From Haliotis rufescens (Eukaryota): a stretch of DNA of 64,000 nucleotides. Position 1 is the stretch's first letter. Every line of letters starts with the position of its first letter. The stretch lies in the NCBI RefSeq assembly GCF_023055435.1, contig NW_025964279.1, forward strand, positions 2,666,001 to 2,730,000. The letters run 5' to 3'. Below are positions 49,248-63,010 of this stretch, piece by piece. Both the position numbers and the translations under genes were made by a program. The notes under the pieces are model-generated. The model had not been told where the DNA came from, did no database searches, and saw nothing but the letters and a program-made list of their open reading frames with translations.

Positions 49248-49546
49248 CTGGTATTTTCATTTCTTGCTAAATACTTTGAAAGTGTACGTGTGAAATCAAC
49301 ACACACACTCATTCCACGTGACCAGTCTCAGATTATTGCACTTGTACAGCGACGTGCATGCATGGCTGCTTGTACCAGTCCGGACGAATGCCGAGTTTAT
49401 AGTGCTAGCCAACTGAAATACCATGTCGCAGTTCAACATGTATACCCCACTCGGACACAGTATACAGACTACGAGCCGACCAGTCCTTGTTTTAGCCCCA
49501 AATGCCGAGCGCCAGACAGGGTAACAATACCACGATTAACAGCTTA

Positions 49547-49890
49547 CCGTATTCGACGTAATAAGCGCCTCGCTCTAATAAGCGCCCACGGCGATATTTG
49601 CTGATATATTGGCTAGTGAACAATCCCAATTAGCACCCCTTCCGATTGATCAATGTACAGAAGACTTATTTATTCGCGTATAATACGCACTCGTGTGCTA
49701 TATGCACCCTTAATTATTGGGAATTAAATTCTGGAAAAATATATCTATCGTACATAAACATTTCAGGATGTCAGCATAAACCACGAAATTTATCTTTCAA
49801 CTCTGTTTTTTTCACCTAAATAATATTCTAATAAGAGCCCCCTATTTCTAATTTTGAGAGCGCCCTGGGCGCTCATTACGTCGAATACGG
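49547..49890. mobile_element. Tc1/mariner-type MITE
   Basis: TIRs CCGTATTCGACGTAATAAGCGCC / GGCGCTCATTACGTCGAATACGG; TA TSD. Confidence 0.85.
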
Positions 49891-50077
49891 TATATTACAC
49901 GCGGCGAACATACCAGACTGGAATCAACGATGTCTTCCCCGATATCCTATGACTGTTTTCTATTGTCTCGTTTATTTCTTCTTAAAACAGGGACGCTATA
50001 TGTACGTCTTGTGTAGTTATTCAACAGTCTGTTCTGTTTTAGTTTTATTTAAACCCTTATATGTATCACAGTTGTTT

Positions 50078-50245
50078 GGGGGCGGTCGGGTAGCCTAGTG
50101 GTTAAAGCGTTCGCTCGTCACGCAGAAGACCCGGGTTCGATTCCCGACATGGGTACAATGTGTGAAGCCCATTTCTGGTGACCCCAGCCGTGATATTGCT
50201 GGAATATTGCTAAAAGCAGCGTAAAACCAAACTCACTCACTCACT
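50078..50245 (+). mobile_element. SINE family A
   Basis: TSD TCACAGTTGTTTG. Confidence 0.9.
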
Positions 50246-51067
50246 CACAGTTGTTTGAAAGCTTACCGCAATAATCAGAGAGTAACATATCGGTTCATTA
50301 CATACAGATTGCGGCTTGGCCCCATTCCGGCATAATAAGCTGTGCTGTGGAAAGACCGTGTTTGTCGAATTCAGTAAGGGAGGTAATAACATGTCCAAAA
50401 CATGGTGTAAGTTGTAAAACACGGAATCAATTTAATTTAACGAACTGAGGCTTGATTTGCCGCCGTGTTGATTCTCGTATCAACCTTTTCTTGTTCCCAG
50501 CTGAAATGAATGGTGAGATGTACTGTGGCTAGGCTTCGTCTCTAGGTATAGTGATTCCTTGCGCTGCGCAATGCGAGAACCAGCTTTAAAACGCGTCACT
50601 TCCTACCAACACAGTAAACAGCTGCAAGCAGGCGGACAGGTGGTCACAGGTAAACATTCCAGGTAAGAGTTTTATCACAGTTAAAGGTGAGAAATACGCT
50701 GACAGTAGCATCAGGCTATCAAATTGCAATCAAAGCACGATGGTGTCGAGGAAATCATTAATTATAGGAAACGTGAGTTAATATGAAGAAAGAAACGCAC
50801 CAATCGATAGCAGCCAAATTAAGCGCAACAGGGAAGGCTAGGATTTCTGTACAACATAGTCGACGCTAAATGTGCGGCATTCTATGTATGGATACTGGAT
50901 TATTCGTCATGTGGAATAAGATCGCTCTGTACATCACCCACAGAATGTCGCATTTGCACCCATAGGGTCCACTGTAATATCTCCCAAGCGGCAAGGGTCC
51001 AATTTGACGTCCCTTACTAAACAAAACAGATATTTGAGTCTCAACTCAAGCGTGTTCTTAACATAAA

Positions 51068-51128
51068 ACACACACACACACACACACACGCACGCACGCA
51101 CGCATGCACGCACACACACACACACACA
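51068..51128. repeat. (CA)n/(CACG)n microsatellite
   Basis: Direct inspection. Confidence 0.9.
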
Positions 51129-53566
51129 TATCTGTTAGGTTTTAGAAGAAATATTTCAACTGAAAAAATATATTAGTAGCAATTATGAACCAGAAAATAT
51201 TAATTTGAAGGAAATTGTGGCTCATTTGCGTACTGTGTTCTTAAATTAGCCTCCTGACACATCTGTTGATTAACGCCACACTCAGCAATATTCCAGCTTT
51301 TTGATGGCAGTCTGTAATTAACTGAATCTGGACCAGACAACACAGGATATTGTGAACAATAATCAACCCTATTGACCAAGTCACCAAGTCTGACCGCCAG
51401 ATCCACTTGGTCGCCGCTTATGACCAGCATAGGTTGCCTCGGACCTATTCTAACCCAGAATCCACAATCATACTGTAGTATGAGTAAGCGAAAAAAAGTA
51501 AACAATTATAATAATTTTTTAATTTGAAGTGACATACATCTTTTCCATTGGATGAGGGGTCAGTCACATGACGGCGAGATTGACGTTAATAGGTTTTTCA
51601 CAAGACCATGTTCTTGAAATGATGTAAACACTGACGTACTACTTCCACATTCCTGGGGAAACCCCTTGGAATTCCCTAGCACGAATACATACAGAAGCGT
51701 TCTTTCTGATCATTCAGACCCTTTAATCTTAAACTCAGCATTTCAGCATATGTTGAACAACGTCAGAGAGTTTGACTGCATGATTGTTTACAAAAAGCTT
51801 CGCTACGACTGAACTCGGAGTGGACAAAACGAAGAAATGCACATCCAAACTATCGAGTATCGACTTGATCCGTGTCTAGGCTGACCGTGACAGTCTACAT
51901 GAATTTTTTGAATTTATCTTGGTGTCTAATTGACACATCTTTAATCACCTTTCAATGATCGCCTAGTTGATCAATGATGACTTAAACATGTAACCCCCAC
52001 AGGTTCATTAACAACTTTAGAGATCTCTCCTGTCCTGTCGGCCATTTTCATGTCTTGTACTTGATGTAAATGCATTACGACACTCTGTCATTGTGACTGG
52101 TTTTCTGAGGTAGTTCTTAACAGACATTTATTATCTTACGAGGAAATAATTTGAATACATTTGTTGTAAAGAAACTACAGACGTTGTTCCTGTAGAGCAT
52201 GTTGAGCATACATACGTTCATGCCACGTCTCGTTTTCAGGAACTATTTCATTCCGCGATACAGCTGCTTGTTGTATAACTGTCTGTGTAAACATGAAGTC
52301 ACACGTACTAAATATTGCGTACAGATCTAGATCCTTTGAGGTACAAAATAGTGCAAAAAATTATAAGAAGTGACTTTCGCAAGCTCTGACGTTCAAACAG
52401 TTTGGCCCTCACTCTATGAAAGTTCATTCTCCAGTGAACTCACACAAAGTAAGAGATTATCTGTCTTGGGCAGCTATGGATATCAATGCATAAACCTGTG
52501 CAACCTGAGAGGGTCCCAACCCCTGACCTCGGCATCCGGCATACCATTCAATTTGTCTTGGCATCCAAATTTAAGAGTGAGTAAGTAAAAATGCTTTTAC
52601 GCCACTTTCAGCAATATCACGGCAGGGGACACCAGAAATGGGCTTCACACATTGTTCCCATGTGGGGAACCAATTTAGGGCTGAAAATTGTAATAGTCTT
52701 GTTTCTCGGGCATCACCTGCATCATCATAAAGTCTACCGCGTTTTGTTTTTATTTCCATTTTTAAAAAAGATAAAAAAATCCAAATCCTTAAAAACTATG
52801 TGATCCAATATAGCACACAGTTACTTCCCTTTACATGCGTACTGCTTTACTGCACGTCTCGTGTTATGGTCATGGCAGCAAAAGGAGTTTGTATGCTTGT
52901 TTATGTAGGGAGGCCCTTTCCAAGGCTGATGGTACACAACTGTTTATTTGGTTACATTCTAGTTTGAACAAGCAAAAAAAAACCCCCCAAAACTGCCTGC
53001 CCTTACTATATTTTCAAAAGTACTATATTTTTTTTAAGCCCAACAACTCTCGGTAAACACAGCTGGTACAAATAAATTACACTGGGATTTTCTTACAGAC
53101 CATTATTTGTTGCACTATGCAAGAATAAAAAGATCCCGGTTCGCCCCGATTATGTTTCTAGGTTTGTCAGCACTGTGCTCGTGGGTTTCACCGAAGTGGT
53201 AAACGTCCGAGACCTGCATCACTTCGGGCTTTCCTCCCACATTAAGTTGACAAGCCATGATATAACTGGAATACTGTTAAAAGCGGCGTTAAAAAAACCA
53301 AACTCACTCACTCACTCACTCACTCACACACTCAGTCATTGTTTTGTGTTATCAATATGGAACCAATCTACTTTCAGAACAGCTACAATATACTTATACA
53401 TAAGGAGGCAAAAGTCATAATCAGGATATCCAATAACAAATACTGTATTTCTATATATTTCTATTTGTTGGAGTGCTTCATCAATTAATGGCTTTGAAAA
53501 ATAAAACAACAACAAAAATACACACTATTAAATTAAATTTTACATGATTAACTTTCTAAATAAGAA

Positions 53567-53730
53567 GGGGCGGTCGGGTAGCCTAGTGGTTAAAGTGTTC
53601 GCTCGTCACGCCGAAGACCCGGGTTCGATTCCGGACATGGGTACAATGTGTGAAGCCCATTTGTGGTGTCCCCCGCCGTGATATTGCTGGAATATTGCCA
53701 AACGCAGCGTAAAACCATACTCAATCAATC
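53567..53730 (+). mobile_element. SINE family A
   Basis: Consensus match. Confidence 0.88.
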
Positions 53731-54697
53731 CAAATAATAAAGTTATAAAATCCATTGTAAACGGAACAGACTCTTGTTGGAAACGACGAGGCATCAGCCT
53801 CATTGTATCTACAAAACAATGCCTAATATTGCAAGCTTTAGGTCCCAGCAACCTACAGTAATGATAATATGAGGAATTATCCTATTGTTTTCCAGATGTA
53901 AAATATTGGTTCTAGAAGGCTGTTTCTTTCGGTGATAAAAACATTTGGGTCACGTTACCTGAAACCAAAGTATTTTCCTTGGCCTAAAATGATATTTGTC
54001 CTTCGGTTTAAGTCTTTAGGATTAACAATGAGTGTAAACCCAAACGTGAAGATTGTGGACATTGCTAGCTGTGCTGATCTTCTTGTGTTTGTTTTCACTG
54101 GTCGATCTTCGACTTGGTTGGAATGGAATGTGTTTCTGCTAAGTGTGCCACATGGCAACCGAAAAAACATATTAAGTGTACACCTTGCAATTTGTGCACA
54201 AGGAGAATATTTTTATCCATCTTCATATTTAGTGAATTCAATGACCTGAATAATAAACGGGTCAACATTGCTGTCTTCACCAACCCCACATTTTGCAAAA
54301 TCATCATTTTGTTCAGTGAGTACAGCTGGACCAGCTAGGAGATGAGCCAGGAACACTTGTCATCAATTCAACAATAAGCAGCTCATAATAAATCAAAGTT
54401 GCTTCTTCTGGTGTCCTGTGATTTTGTGTTAGAATTTGGATTTAGCAACCAATGCTTTTCATAAGAGGCAACTAACGGGATCGGGTTGATGCGTGTCATA
54501 TGCCAATTGTGTACATCAATACTCATGATGTCAATCACTCGATGAACAAACAAACAAACAAAGAAATGTTATTTGTTTATTATTTATGATCAAACCAAGT
54601 TTCCAAGTTTGCGTAGATTGATTTTGCCTGATGACTGTCAATCACTGGATTGACAGGTAAACAAACAAACAAATGTTATTTCTTTATTGTTCATTAG

Positions 54698-54833
54698 AGG
54701 GGCGGTCGGGTAGCCTAGTGGTTAAAGCGTTCGCTCGTCACGCCGAAGACCCGGGTTCGATTTCTGGTGTCCCCCGCCGTGATATTGCGGCAATATTGCT
54801 AAAAGCGGTGTAAAACCATACTCAGTCAGTCAG
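54698..54833 (+). mobile_element. SINE family A, internally deleted
   Basis: TSD TATTGTTCATTA. Confidence 0.85.
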
Positions 54834-54984
54834 TATTGTTCATTACCAAACCAAGTTTCCAAGTTTGGGTAGATTGACATTCATGATGTCAATCACTGGA
54901 TTGACAGTTAAACAAACAAATGTTGTTCTTGTTTATTATTTATTATCAAACCAAGTAACTTGAGATTCTCTTTTGATCATCTAG

Positions 54985-55183
54985 CAAGAAGCAGAGCTGC
55001 AAGACACAGAAACCAGCTAGCGCAACATCAACGTCAACATCAACATCAACATCAACATCAACCATGAAGAAGCGGGCACCAATTGCGAAGAAGAAGAAAG
55101 TGGCGAAACAGGATATATCCTCGTCGATTTTGATGGACGAGTCATTGATGGAGAAGGCCAAAGTTAATATAGATGAACTGCAG
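54985..55183 (+). CDS. Probable exon of an unannotated gene; possible start ACCATG at 55064 (MKKRAPIAKKKKVAKQDISSSILMDESLMEKAKVNIDELQ)
   Basis: Pyrimidine-rich acceptor ending ctag; open frame with (ST)n and a basic NLS-like stretch; CAG/GT phase-0 donor. Confidence 0.45.
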
Positions 55184-55930
55184 GTACCGCCACGTTCTAA
55201 CACACTAGGGATTGAGTGAGTTGGTTCAGCGCCTCGTTTTAGTTATATCGGGTGTGTCAACTTGATGTAGGTGGAAACAACGAAGTGATGATGGCATAAC
55301 ATTTACCACTTTAATGAAACCCACGACCTTGCAATCCTAGAAACATGATCAGGGGTATCTTGGATTCAAACCCATGATGATAAGCTCCTGGCACGTCAAG
55401 GGGACAGAACTCTGCAGAATAGGCAGCCTGTGACCCCACATACTAATATCGCACCCTAGATATAAAGAAAATTGCTCTTGCAGGCAGGGGGCACATTTGG
55501 CCATGATGTTAAAATAGCTGCAATTTTACTGTGCAGTGTTACCCCCCTTTGCTCTTCCTGGATATGCTGATGCTTGGTTATAAATACAGTCTCATCCTGA
55601 GAATGATGCTTGGTGAGTAATAAGTTTAATAACCTTGTGTCTTAGTGGCTTTCTAAGGTGCTGCAATTCGCTGTGCAGAGTTGCATCCCTTAGGCTCACC
55701 AGTAACCTCTGATCATGGGCTTGAATACCTGTTCGACTCGATTATGTTTCTTGGCTTGTCAGCTCCACACCCGTGCTCTTGGGTTTTATCAAAGTGGTAA
55801 ATGTGTGAAGCCTGCATGATAGTCCCTACTCACTCACTCAGTCTGGTTGTAAACATGACTGAACAGTTCGCTGACTATGCTCTGGCACAATACAAACTGT
55901 CCAACACTTGCATGGATTTATCGATTGACC

Positions 55931-56436
55931 CATCTTCCTGAGGCAAGGGAGTTAACTGACTATGAAAGTCCAGTTTCCACCCTTGCAGAACTAGAATTAT
56001 GGAGTTATATTTTGGCTGGACTAGTGAGTCTATGCATTGTCCAATAAAAATGCATAACAAAATCCTTCCTGGTTTGCAAACTGCTGTGCAGATTTTGGTC
56101 AATTGCAGGACTTGGAAAGCATGTGTACTGCCAACTAGATGACAACAGATATTTTCCAAATCTTTTCTTGTTTTTAATCCAGATTTGGTGCATTTTATCA
56201 CAATATAGATTTTGATTATCAATCAGATCTTCTTGACCCGGCACAGCCATTTAGTTCAAAGCAAATGCAAGTGATATCTGAGGTAGAATCTGATTAGTCA
56301 ATAGGAGGGACTTAGAAGGGACATAACTGGTAATTTCCACTGGTGGCGCTTTGGTCGAGACCAGAAATTCCAGCCTAGTTCGGCAAGGGTAGAAACTACT
56401 TTTACAGTCAGTTAACTCCCTTGCCTCAGGAAGATG
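55931..56436. mobile_element. Non-autonomous TIR element (related pieces at 31663-31990 and 21410-21450)
   Basis: ~31-bp TIR CATCTTCCTGAGGCAAGGGAGTTAACTGACT / AGTCAGTTAACTCCCTTGCCTCAGGAAGATG. Confidence 0.7.
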
Positions 56437-56569
56437 AGATGGACCACATATTGCAAGGAGTAAAACATGGTGTAGAAGCAGCAGGAATATCCTCACGTTC
56501 TTGTATGTCGATGTCAGCTTTCTTTAATATTTGATATTTTTACGTGTCCTACTTTTACTAAGGGCCAGG

Positions 56570-57630
56570 CCATTTGATATTCTGAGGGTTAGGTGAATAT
56601 TCTGATGGGGTAGGGATACTCTGTTTGGGTGGGGATACTCTGATAGGGTGGGTATATTCTCAGGTTGGGGGTATATTCTGAAGGGGTGGGAATATTTTGG
56701 AGAAGGGTGGGGATATTCTGATGAGGTGGGGGATATTCAGAGGGGTTGGGATACTGTGAGGGGTGGAGTTTAGTCTGAGGTGTTAAGGCTATTCTGGAGG
56801 GGTGGGGATATTCTGACAGGAAGGGATATTCTGAGGGAAGTGGGAATATTCTGAGGGGGTAGGGATATTCTGAATGGATGGGGATATTCTGAGGGGGTGG
56901 GGATATTCTGAGGGGAGTGGGGATATTCTGAGGGGGTGGGGATATTCTGAGGGGAGTGGGAATATTCTGAGGGGGTAGGGATATTCTGAATGGATGGGGA
57001 TATTCTGAGGGGGTGGGGATATTCTGAGGGAAGTGGGAATATTCTGAGGGGGTGGGGATATCCTGAGGGGAGTGGGAATATTCTGAAGGGGTGGGGATAT
57101 TCTGAATTGATGGGGATATTCTGAGGGGAGTTGGAATATTTTGAGGGGATGGGGATATCCTGAATGAATGGGGATATTATGAAGGGGTGGGGATATTCTG
57201 AGGGGAGCGGGAATATTCCGAGGGGGCGGGGGTATTCTGAATAAATGGGGATATTCTAAGGGGAAGGGATATTCTAAGGGGTGGGGATATTATGAGGGGG
57301 TGGGGATATTCTGGAGGGTTTGGGATATTCTGAGGGGAGGGGGAAAATTCTGAATGGGTGGGTATATTGAGGAATTGAGGATATTTTGTGGGGGTGGGGA
57401 TATTCTTATGGGGTGGGGATATTATTCTGGGGTGTAGGGATATTCTGAAGGGTAGGTGATATTCTGAGGTATTGAGGATATTCTGAAGGGGTAGGGATAT
57501 TCTGGAGGGGTGGGGATATTCATAGGTGTTGATATTCTGAGGGGTAGGTTTATTCTGAAGGGGTATGGATATTAGGAGGGGTAGGGATATTCTGACGGGT
57601 TGGGGAATTTTCTGAGGGGTTGGAGTTTGG
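56570..57630. repeat. G-rich minisatellite, ~20-21-bp unit GGGGATATTCTGAGGGGGT
   Basis: Direct inspection; most homogeneous in the centre, degenerate at the edges. Confidence 0.92.
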
Positions 57631-57874
57631 GAAATATCAGCCAAAAACACAAAAATCACTTTGACCCAATTTAGTTTCAGTAGCTTGCGTACAAATATGT
57701 ATGGGAAAAAGGACAAAAGTATGGAATAAAAGTCAAATATTATGCATACGGTATTAAATGTTACTAATAAAGGTCAAATACAAAACAAACAGACGCTGAT
57801 TAAAATATACAGTTGAAATACGGTCAAAAGTATGCAATATTAAGAGTCAAATGTAAAGAAAAAGGTCATTTGAA

Positions 57875-58885
57875 AATCTGCTGGTTTGATCAACTGGTTA
57901 GATCAACTGTTTATATCAGCTGCTTTGATCAACCGCTTTAATCAACTAGCGTTATCAGCTGGTGTAATCAACTGGTCTCATCTGCTGGTTTGATCAACTG
58001 GTTAGATCAACTGTTTATATCAGCTGGTTTGATCAACTGTTTATATCAGCTGGTTTGATCAACTGTTTATATCAGCTGGTTTCATCTGCTGGTTTGATCA
58101 ACTGGTTAGATCAACTGGTTAGATCAACTGTTTATATCAGCTGGTTTGATCAACTGTTTATATCAGCTGGTTTGATCAACTGTTTATATCAGCTGGTTTC
58201 ATCTGCTGGTTTGATCAACTGGTTAGATCAACTGTTTATATCAGCTGGTTTGATCAACTGTTTATATCAGCTGGTTTCATCTGCTGGTTTGATCAACTGG
58301 TTAGATCAACTGTTTATATCAGCTGGTTTGATCAACTGCTTTAATCAACTAGTGTTATCAGCTGGTGTAATCAACTGGTCTCATCTGCTGGTTTGATCAA
58401 CTGGTTAGATCAATTGTTTATATCAGCTGGTTTGATCAATTGCTTTAATCAACTAGTGTTATCAGCTGGTGTAATCAACTGGTCTCATCTGCTGGTTTGA
58501 TCAACTGGTTAGATCAACTGTTTATATCAGCTGGTTTGATCAACTATTTATATCAGCTGGTTTCATCTGCTGGTTTGATCAACTGGTTAGATCAACTGTT
58601 TATATCAGCTGGTTTGATCAACTGTTTAAATCAACTGGTTTGATCAACGGTTTATATCAGCTGGTTTCATCTGCTGGTTTGATCAACTGGTTAGATCAAT
58701 TGTTTATATCAGCTGGTTTGATCAACTGTTTAAATCAGCTGGTTTGATCAACGGTTTATATCAGCTGGTTTCATCTGCTGGTTTGATCAACTGGTTAGAT
58801 CAACTGTTTATATCAGCTGGTTTGATCAACTGTTTATATCAGCTGGTTTCACCTGCTGGTTAGATCAACTGGTTAGATCAACCTG
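57875..58885. repeat. Minisatellite built from 13-bp subunits (CTGGTTTGATCAA / CTGTTTATATCAG / CTGGTTTCATCTG)
   Basis: Direct inspection; short degenerate version at ~59800-59940. Confidence 0.92.
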
Positions 58886-58946
58886 AAGAAGACTAGCATT
58901 CAGGTGTGTACTTCAATAATTATCTTTTTCAATTTGTTTTTTCAAG

Positions 58947-59000
58947 GATGACTATTTGACCAACGTCAGTGAACATACATATGGCGCCCCAAGGCTTGAG
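58947..59000 (+). CDS. 54-nt phase-0 exon DDYLTNVSEHTYGAPRLE (unknown gene)
   Basis: tttgttttttcaag acceptor; GAG/gtaagt donor; paralogous to 60001-60054 with synonymous and conservative differences. Confidence 0.7.
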
Positions 59001-60000
59001 GTAAGTTGTCTTCATATCTGTTTATTCCTTGTTTGGTGGTTGGGTTTGGTAGTAGGGTTTGGTAGTGGGGCTTGGTAATAGGGTTTGGTAGTGGGGTTTG
59101 GTAATAGGTTTTGAAGAAGGGTTTGGTGGTAGGGTTTGGTATCGTGGTTTGGTAATAGGGTTTGATAGTAGTGTTTGAAGAAGGGTTTGGTGGTGGCCCA
59201 GATAGCACATTTGGCCTATGTTGGGCCAATGTTATCACTTTCGTTAGGCCAACGTTGGCTGGGCCAGCGTTGGGCCAACGTTTCCTTGCCAACGTTGTAG
59301 CAACGTTCACCCAACATTAATCATGTTAATTACTGTAATCTTTAGCCAACGTTAGGACAATGATCTTTAGCCAATGTTGTTTTTTCAGAAAATATCAAAA
59401 TCAACCTTTGCACTGCACCTCTCCTATTAGGATAGAAAGTGTTCCTTAAATTTGGACAGAATCCATGTGGTAGTCCTCAAGTTATAGGTAGCACAATTGT
59501 TGAATTAAAAATACATTCTGAGTTCAAAACACGTAAAAAATCATGTTGTTTCATAAAATACACATATTAAAATCAAACTTTGCACTTCATCTCTCCAATC
59601 AGTATAAAAAGTGTTCCTTACATTTGGACAGAATCAATGTGGTAGTTCTCAAGTTATAGGTAGCACAATTGTAGCAAAAAGTATTTAAAAAAACCCCCCA
59701 ATATAGGTAATTATGAATGCAGGCATCATGTCCATAAATATTAGCACTACTTAATGCGTCCTACAACATCAAACATATGTAATGGTTTCTGGTTTGATGC
59801 TGATCAACAGGCTTGATCAATTGGCTTAATCAAATGTTTTAATCAACTGGTTTAATCAACCGGTTTAATCAACCGGTGTAATCTGCTGGTGTTATTAACC
59901 GGTTTAATCAACTGGTTAGATGAACTGATTTGATCAACCTGAAGGAGACAAGCAATCAGGTTTGAACTTTAATAATTTTTTAATAATTTGTTTTTTCAAG

Positions 60001-60054
60001 GACGACTATTTGTCTAATATCAGTGAACAAACATATAGCGCCCCAAAGTTGGAG
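60001..60054 (+). CDS. 54-nt phase-0 exon DDYLSNISEQTYSAPKLE (duplicate exon)
   Basis: Same acceptor and donor as 58947-59000; 13 of 18 aa identical; no indels. Confidence 0.7.
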
Positions 60055-60084
60055 GTAAGTCTTCTTCATATCAGTATGTTCCTA

Positions 60085-61042
60085 GTTTGATAGTTGGGCC
60101 TGGTAGTGGGGCCTGGTATTGGGGCGTGGTAGTGGGGCCTGGTAGTGGGGCCTGGTAGTGGGGTTTGGTAGTGGGGCCTGGTAGTGGGGCCTGATAGTGG
60201 GGCCTGGTAGTGGGGCCTGGTAGTGGGGTTTGGTAGTGGGGCCTGGTAGTGGGGCCTGATAGTGGGGCCTGGTAGTGGGGCCTGGTAGTGGGGTTTGGTA
60301 GTGGGGCCTGGTAGTGGGGCCTGGTAGTGGGGCCTGGTAGTGGGGTTTTGGTAGTGGGGCCTGATCGTGGGGCCTGGTAGTGGGGCCTGGTAGTGGGGTT
60401 TGGTAGTCGGGGCTGGTAGTCGGGCCTAGTAGTGGGGCCTGGTGGTGGGGCCTGGTGGTGGGGCCTGGTAGTGGGGTTTGGTAGTCGGGCCTGGGAGTCG
60501 GGCCTGGTAGTCAGGTTTGTTAGTCGGGCCTGGTAGTGGGGCCTGGTGGTGGGGCCTGGTAGTGGGGCCTGGTAGTGGCGCCTGGTAGTGGGGCCTGGAA
60601 GTGGGGCCTGATAGTGGGGCCTGGTATTGGGGCATGGTAGTTGGGCCTGGTAGTTGGGCCTGGTAGTGGGTCCTGGTGGTGGGGCCTGGTGGTGGAGTTT
60701 GGTAGTGGGGCCTGGTAGTGGGGTTTGGTAGTCGGGCCTGGTAGTGGGGTTTGGTAGTCGGGCCTGGTGGTGGGGCCTGGTGGTGGGGCCTGGTGGTGGG
60801 GCCTGGTAGTGGGGTTTGGTAGTGGGGCCTGGTGGTGGGGCGTGGTAGTGGGGCCTGGTGGTGGGGCCTGGTGGTGGAGTTTGGTAGTGGGGTTTGGTAG
60901 TGGGGTTTGGTAGTGGGGCCTGGTAGTGGGGCGTGGTAGTGGGGCCTGGTGGTGGGGCCTGGTATTGGGGCGTGGTAGTGGGGCCTGGTGGTGGGGCCTG
61001 GTAGTGGGGCCTGGTGGTGGGGCCTGGTAGTGGGGCCTGGTA
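60085..61042. repeat. 13-bp G-rich minisatellite (GGTAGTGGGGCCT)n
   Basis: Direct inspection; short degenerate version at ~59030-59200. Confidence 0.95.
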
Positions 61043-62974
61043 CTCTGACTGGAAAGCGGAAGGATTGGGGTTCAATCCCCGGCTGCATCATACTAAAAGA
61101 CGTTAAAAGATGGTACTTGTTGTAACCCTGCCTGGTGCTCGGCATTAAGGGGCTAAAACAAGGACTGGTCGGCTCTGAGTTTGAATACTAGCTGTGTCTG
61201 AGTGGGGTATTCATGTTAAACTGTTGCATGGTGTCTCAGTGGGCTAGCACTATAAATTGGCATCTGTTCGGACAAGTAAAAGCAGCCACACACGTGCATG
61301 CATGTCACTATACAAGTGCAATAATATTGGACTCGACGTTAAATCCCATTTCACCTCACGCCTCCACCTCAAAGCTTTAAGTCCTGATCATAAAGGCAGG
61401 TAGATGTGATGCAAGTCATGTTGTAGAAGACCTTGAATCACCCTACTGTCATTCTTATAAAGGCACGCCCACCTTTCCAGAAGCTGTCACATCACAAAAT
61501 GAACAAGTCTGTTTTGCTCTTGTGGCCAAATTTGTTGCAACCTTCTCAAAGTACCAAAATATTTATCAACTTTCTTTTTTAGAAAACATTTCATGTCACA
61601 AAGTAATTTTTTTTAATTTTGAAGGAAATTAGTTCTTCTTTTAATTCCAATTCCTTTAATTTGAAATCTCTCCCTTCTCTTTCTCGTCCAAGTCTGTTGT
61701 GTTGATTGATACACAAGCAGGGTAGGTAACTCTAATTCACTTGCTGCCAAGGCAACAACCAAAGCTTTGACCACCTCAGTCATTTTATGCCATTTACCAA
61801 AATCTACTGCCACATGACAATATTGACACAATTTTGCAATTACCCAGTTTGGTAACACTGACTGCCATTACCTTTGTGCCTTGTTAGCCGATGGAACATG
61901 AGTGATTTCACACAAAAACTGCACAAACTATCACAATATGTATTGACACGGGAAGTAGATGTATCGTGATACCTCTTCTCTACAGAGTGCTCAGTGCTCA
62001 GAAAATTATGATAATTAGTTATGGCTCTCTGATAATTTCTAATCCAGATAGTTCTTTACCTTGGGGGGCACGGGTGGCACAGTCGTCTAGGGCGCCGCGA
62101 TTTGCTGTGCAGAGTTGCGCCCCTTGGGCACTCCATCCTCTACTAGCAAGAGAGCCGGCGGGTGAAACAAAAAAAATAAAAATTGTTTTTCACTAATTGT
62201 GTAATTTATTTTTTGAAATTTAAAAGTTTAAAAGACTTGACAAAAGTCTTTCAATTAATATATGATATAGATCTAGTAGCTTGGCTTTGGAAACAAATCT
62301 TTCATAAATGTAGCAAACCACAATGAGTGACCAATGGTAGGTGTATTATTTTATCCCATCAGGGCAAAAAATTTCCACATCGGGGAAAATTGAGATTAGA
62401 AAACTTTTTATTGTTTCACGTCAGAATAAAAATTCAGGGCAGGGGGAAGATGGGAAACACAGAAAAGAGTATGGACAGCATTTTTATTTGTAGATCCAAT
62501 GCGGATATATCCGGGACTAAATGTTTGTCTGGAGTCATATTTGTTGTACAGTTTAACTGGTTCTCTTCATCTGAGATGAAATTTAAATTTTAAGTTTGTC
62601 TGAATAGGTTCTCCATATTTATAAATTTTAGAGAATAATATGTATGTGAAATTACTTTGGTTTGGCCACATAGTTGTGTGTTTGTTGTTTCTCATAACCG
62701 ACATTGAAAACAATCATCTTGACTGAAAACTTTACAATTTTTCAGTTACTGCTAAATTTGGCTCCTGTTTCGCATTTTTAGAGTTATTCCTGGGGCCTGT
62801 CCTGATGACCAGCAATATATTGTTTGTAATTTTCCAGAACGGTGGTAATGTTATACTTCTGCATAAATATAATCCAATTGAATATTCATGCATATTTATT
62901 TGTAATAATATATTTGTATGACTCATGCTTATTAAATGACAATAACATGAGTATGATGACATTTTAATTTTCAG

Positions 62975-63010
62975 TCCTCATCTCTACCAGCAGCAAGAGC
63001 TCCAAAACAA
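62975..63010 (+). CDS. Candidate 36-nt phase-0 exon SSSLPAARAPKQ
   Basis: ttttaattttcag acceptor; gtaagg donor; length is a multiple of 3 and the frame is open. Confidence 0.45.

Noticed and set aside
57177-58396. 179-aa and 113-aa repetitive ORFs
   Set aside because: Minisatellite translations.
60071-61145. 334-aa and 239-aa Pro-rich ORFs (PGPTTRPHYQA)n
   Set aside because: Translations of a 13-bp minisatellite; the period is not a multiple of 3, so the same peptide appears in several frames, and the ORF starts lie in a SINE.
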